From Fimbriosthenelais zetlandica (taxonomy: Eukaryota): DNA of 64,000 bases. The DNA is taken from NCBI GenBank assembly GCA_977030845.1, contig OZ365118.1, forward strand, positions 18,910,001-18,974,000, written 5' to 3'. Each line of letters opens with the position of its first letter. Positions within the stretch are counted from its first letter, which is position 1. The notes under the pieces are model-generated. The model did no database searches, was not told the origin of the DNA, and saw only the letters and a program-made list of their open reading frames with translations. This document shows positions 61,329 to 64,000 of the stretch, piece by piece. A program made the position numbers and the translations under genes.

Positions 61329-64000
61329 GGAAATAAAGGTAGAGCAGATGAACCAGATACTGGAGGCATAGGGAAGGTGGTGGGGATATTTAACTTATAT
61401 CAGCATTCTCAGGACAAGGTGGAAAAAGGAAAGATCACCTAGTATGGCGGACAGAGTCAGATATGAGTTCTTACTGAAAAATCTAAACTTAATCATGATG
61501 AAAACAATTAGGGTTCAGGGGGAGAAATGTCTGGGATTTAGAGGGTGGCATCTGACTATATGCAGACATGCTCAATAGAGATTGGTGAGGAAGGGGTTAA
61601 TAGAATCATTGGGGGTTTTAATGTTCCTTAAGGTCCCAAGATATAAATTACAAGGAGCACAATTTAATGACAAGGACCTTTATGTACTGAAGTAGATCTG
61701 ATAGGCTCATAAAGGAGTACTTTCTCTTTTGATAGATCAACTATATTCTCAACTTTTTCAGCTGCTCTTTCTATGTGTGTTTGAACATGTATGTTGCCCC
61801 TTTAATAGTGAGGACACGCATCCCTTACAGAGGAGCTACATAAAGTCGTGCGTGATTGAGTTCAGCATTTAGGCCTAGCATATTGTCCATAGTCAAGATA
61901 CATGCTTACTAGGTATAAACATGGAATTAAATCTTCAAAAAATTTCCATATCAGCCTTACTTATTCTCTGTTCACACTCTAGACATCGTCCTTATAAAGT
62001 AAAAAAAGGGATGTCTACAGAAGCAGACAGTCTGGCACATCTGGCAAGAAACTATGTCTGTATGTTTATAAACAGGGGCAAGAAGTATAATAAAAGGTCC
62101 AACTAGTCGGGAAACTCCGAAAGTATATGTATAAGGATGCAGTAACTACTTACGACCTTTGTATCAAAGTAAGTGTTTCTCTATAAGATATAGAAGTTTT
62201 GCAATGCCTACAAATCAATAGAATGCCACGGAGACTACAGTCGTCCGTGCATTCAATGTAGGAGATAATCAGTCAAATACCAGCATATCATTATACATGT
62301 ATGTAGGGAGATAAATGAACTCAATACAAACTGCTGACAGTCATCCAAGCTATGCCTGGTAATTGGAGATGAAGGGTGGAAAATGTGAAAGTGCAACCTG
62401 TAAGATCATATTGCTTAGCTTGCAAAGATAGCGTTGGGAAAACATTTAAAGCAGCGCATATGCGGGAAAAATTGACTTATTATTTCTTCTTTGTCTTATC
62501 ACATGAAAGGATTCTCTCCGAACTCTTTGAAATGTTGCCCCATTTCTTGCTTCTTTTGAATTCCGTCTGTACAGTAATGTGTAAATATATAGCAGTGGCC
62601 ATGAGTCCACACATAGAGAGCTGAAGGTGGCTGTCTTAGTACGGCTGTAAGGTGAATAGTGATGTACAATGTATACACAGTAAGCCAGCTGTATTAATGC
62701 TGAATTAACATGAGTGCCACAATTATTGTAAAGACCACCTCAATCACCTACACAATAACACAGGCATAATACGCCTCTCTTTATACGCCTCTCATGGCGT
62801 ACATCCATGGCGTTTGTAGGTGGGTACTGTGTTCTTTTCACGGATTAAACAGCTTATTGTACTATCAACTCTCACGATGGAGACTATTTCACAAGAGGCA
62901 AATATTACCATCATTAAGCATAATGCATGAAAGAGCAACTCTTTCCATTCAGGTTAATTCTCGGTAATTTAATGCGATGAAATCCAGCTTGAAGTTCGAA
63001 AATCGAAAGAGCAATTAAGGGGATGAGGGTGAGATATCGACACAATATGGGTCACGAGTAGTATATAGGATTGACGGTAAGTATTGTTTAGTACATTATG
63101 AAGGCTAAATCACTAAAGCAGGCCCCTGGAGGTAGAGATATACTGAGTCGTAATTCAGACTTGCTGCCTCTACCTTTGAACCACATCTACTGCCCTGGCC
63201 TACACCTGAGCAAGCCTTGTCTCTAACATATAATTATGAGGAATTTATCACCGGTCTCCGCCCCACCGTCCCGCCTCGACCATTCATCGCACGGGCCGCG
63301 ACATGATTTCCCGCTTCTGCTGATAGCAGAGTGGCCGCGCGGCAGGTGGGTACAGCCCTGGTCATCTACTCTCTACTATCACATACTTATACAGCACGAG
63401 TAAAAAAAAACATGCTACAAGACAGCCATAAATAGACTACAGGAAGCCGGCTGATGAACGTCTGATATAGACGGGGAAAACACCGAGAATTCTCACTTGA
63501 TAGATACTCCACACTCCAGACGAAGACAGATCATGGAAGGGTTTTAATAAATGTTAATGCCATGATCTTCAGGAGCAGGGTGGTTAGGATGAGATGATAA
63601 AAGTCAATTCACGAGCAACATGGCTTCACTGTAAATATTTACGAGGTGTTTACTCGGCTATAGGCCAACCTTAAATGTCAGTGTATGGAGGGACTGTCAG
63701 ATGCCTCAGCGTGCTCATATTTCAGGGATAAGTATTAGAGATTTTCTAGTAAGACTGGATCACTTCTATATGATCTTGTCTATCATGTTATCTGATAATG
63801 CTTTGTCACTGGGTCCATGACTGACTTCAGGTGTACACTAGGTGAACCTAGTACCAACTTCAAATGATTCAGTGGTACTTGATAGCTTCTGTAACACTTC
63901 AATCACAGCTTTATCTGAGGTAACATGTACCATTGTCCATCTTTAACATGTCAGATTACTCACTTTAAGAGCAACATTTCAATGCTTTTGTTTTCTAAAG

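Overview
This is eukaryotic (invertebrate animal-like) genomic DNA with GT-AG introns, many mini/microsatellites and CpG-rich patches. I found no prokaryotic operons, CRISPR arrays, rRNA or intact tRNA. The main feature is one minus-strand gene that I assembled by hand from 14 phase-compatible exons (55758 down to 22509, about 636 aa visible; its signal-peptide exon was not identified). It encodes a cysteine-rich extracellular protein with two diverged copies of a ~290-aa module and a C-terminal GPI-type hydrophobic tail. From memory it resembles the Pfam DUF7042/DUF7043/DUF7044 families; this needs an HMM search. Intron phases show the two modules arose by internal duplication. Most ORFs in the supplied track are non-coding or repeat-derived. 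The most striking non-coding signal is the near-palindrome WGAGCWGCTC (consensus WGAGCAGCTCR), found 12 times across the window with unrelated flanks. Also present: a TA-flanked MITE, several hairpins, minisatellites with higher-order structure, candidate alternative exons, and a low-confidence second minus-strand gene at 2032-8452.
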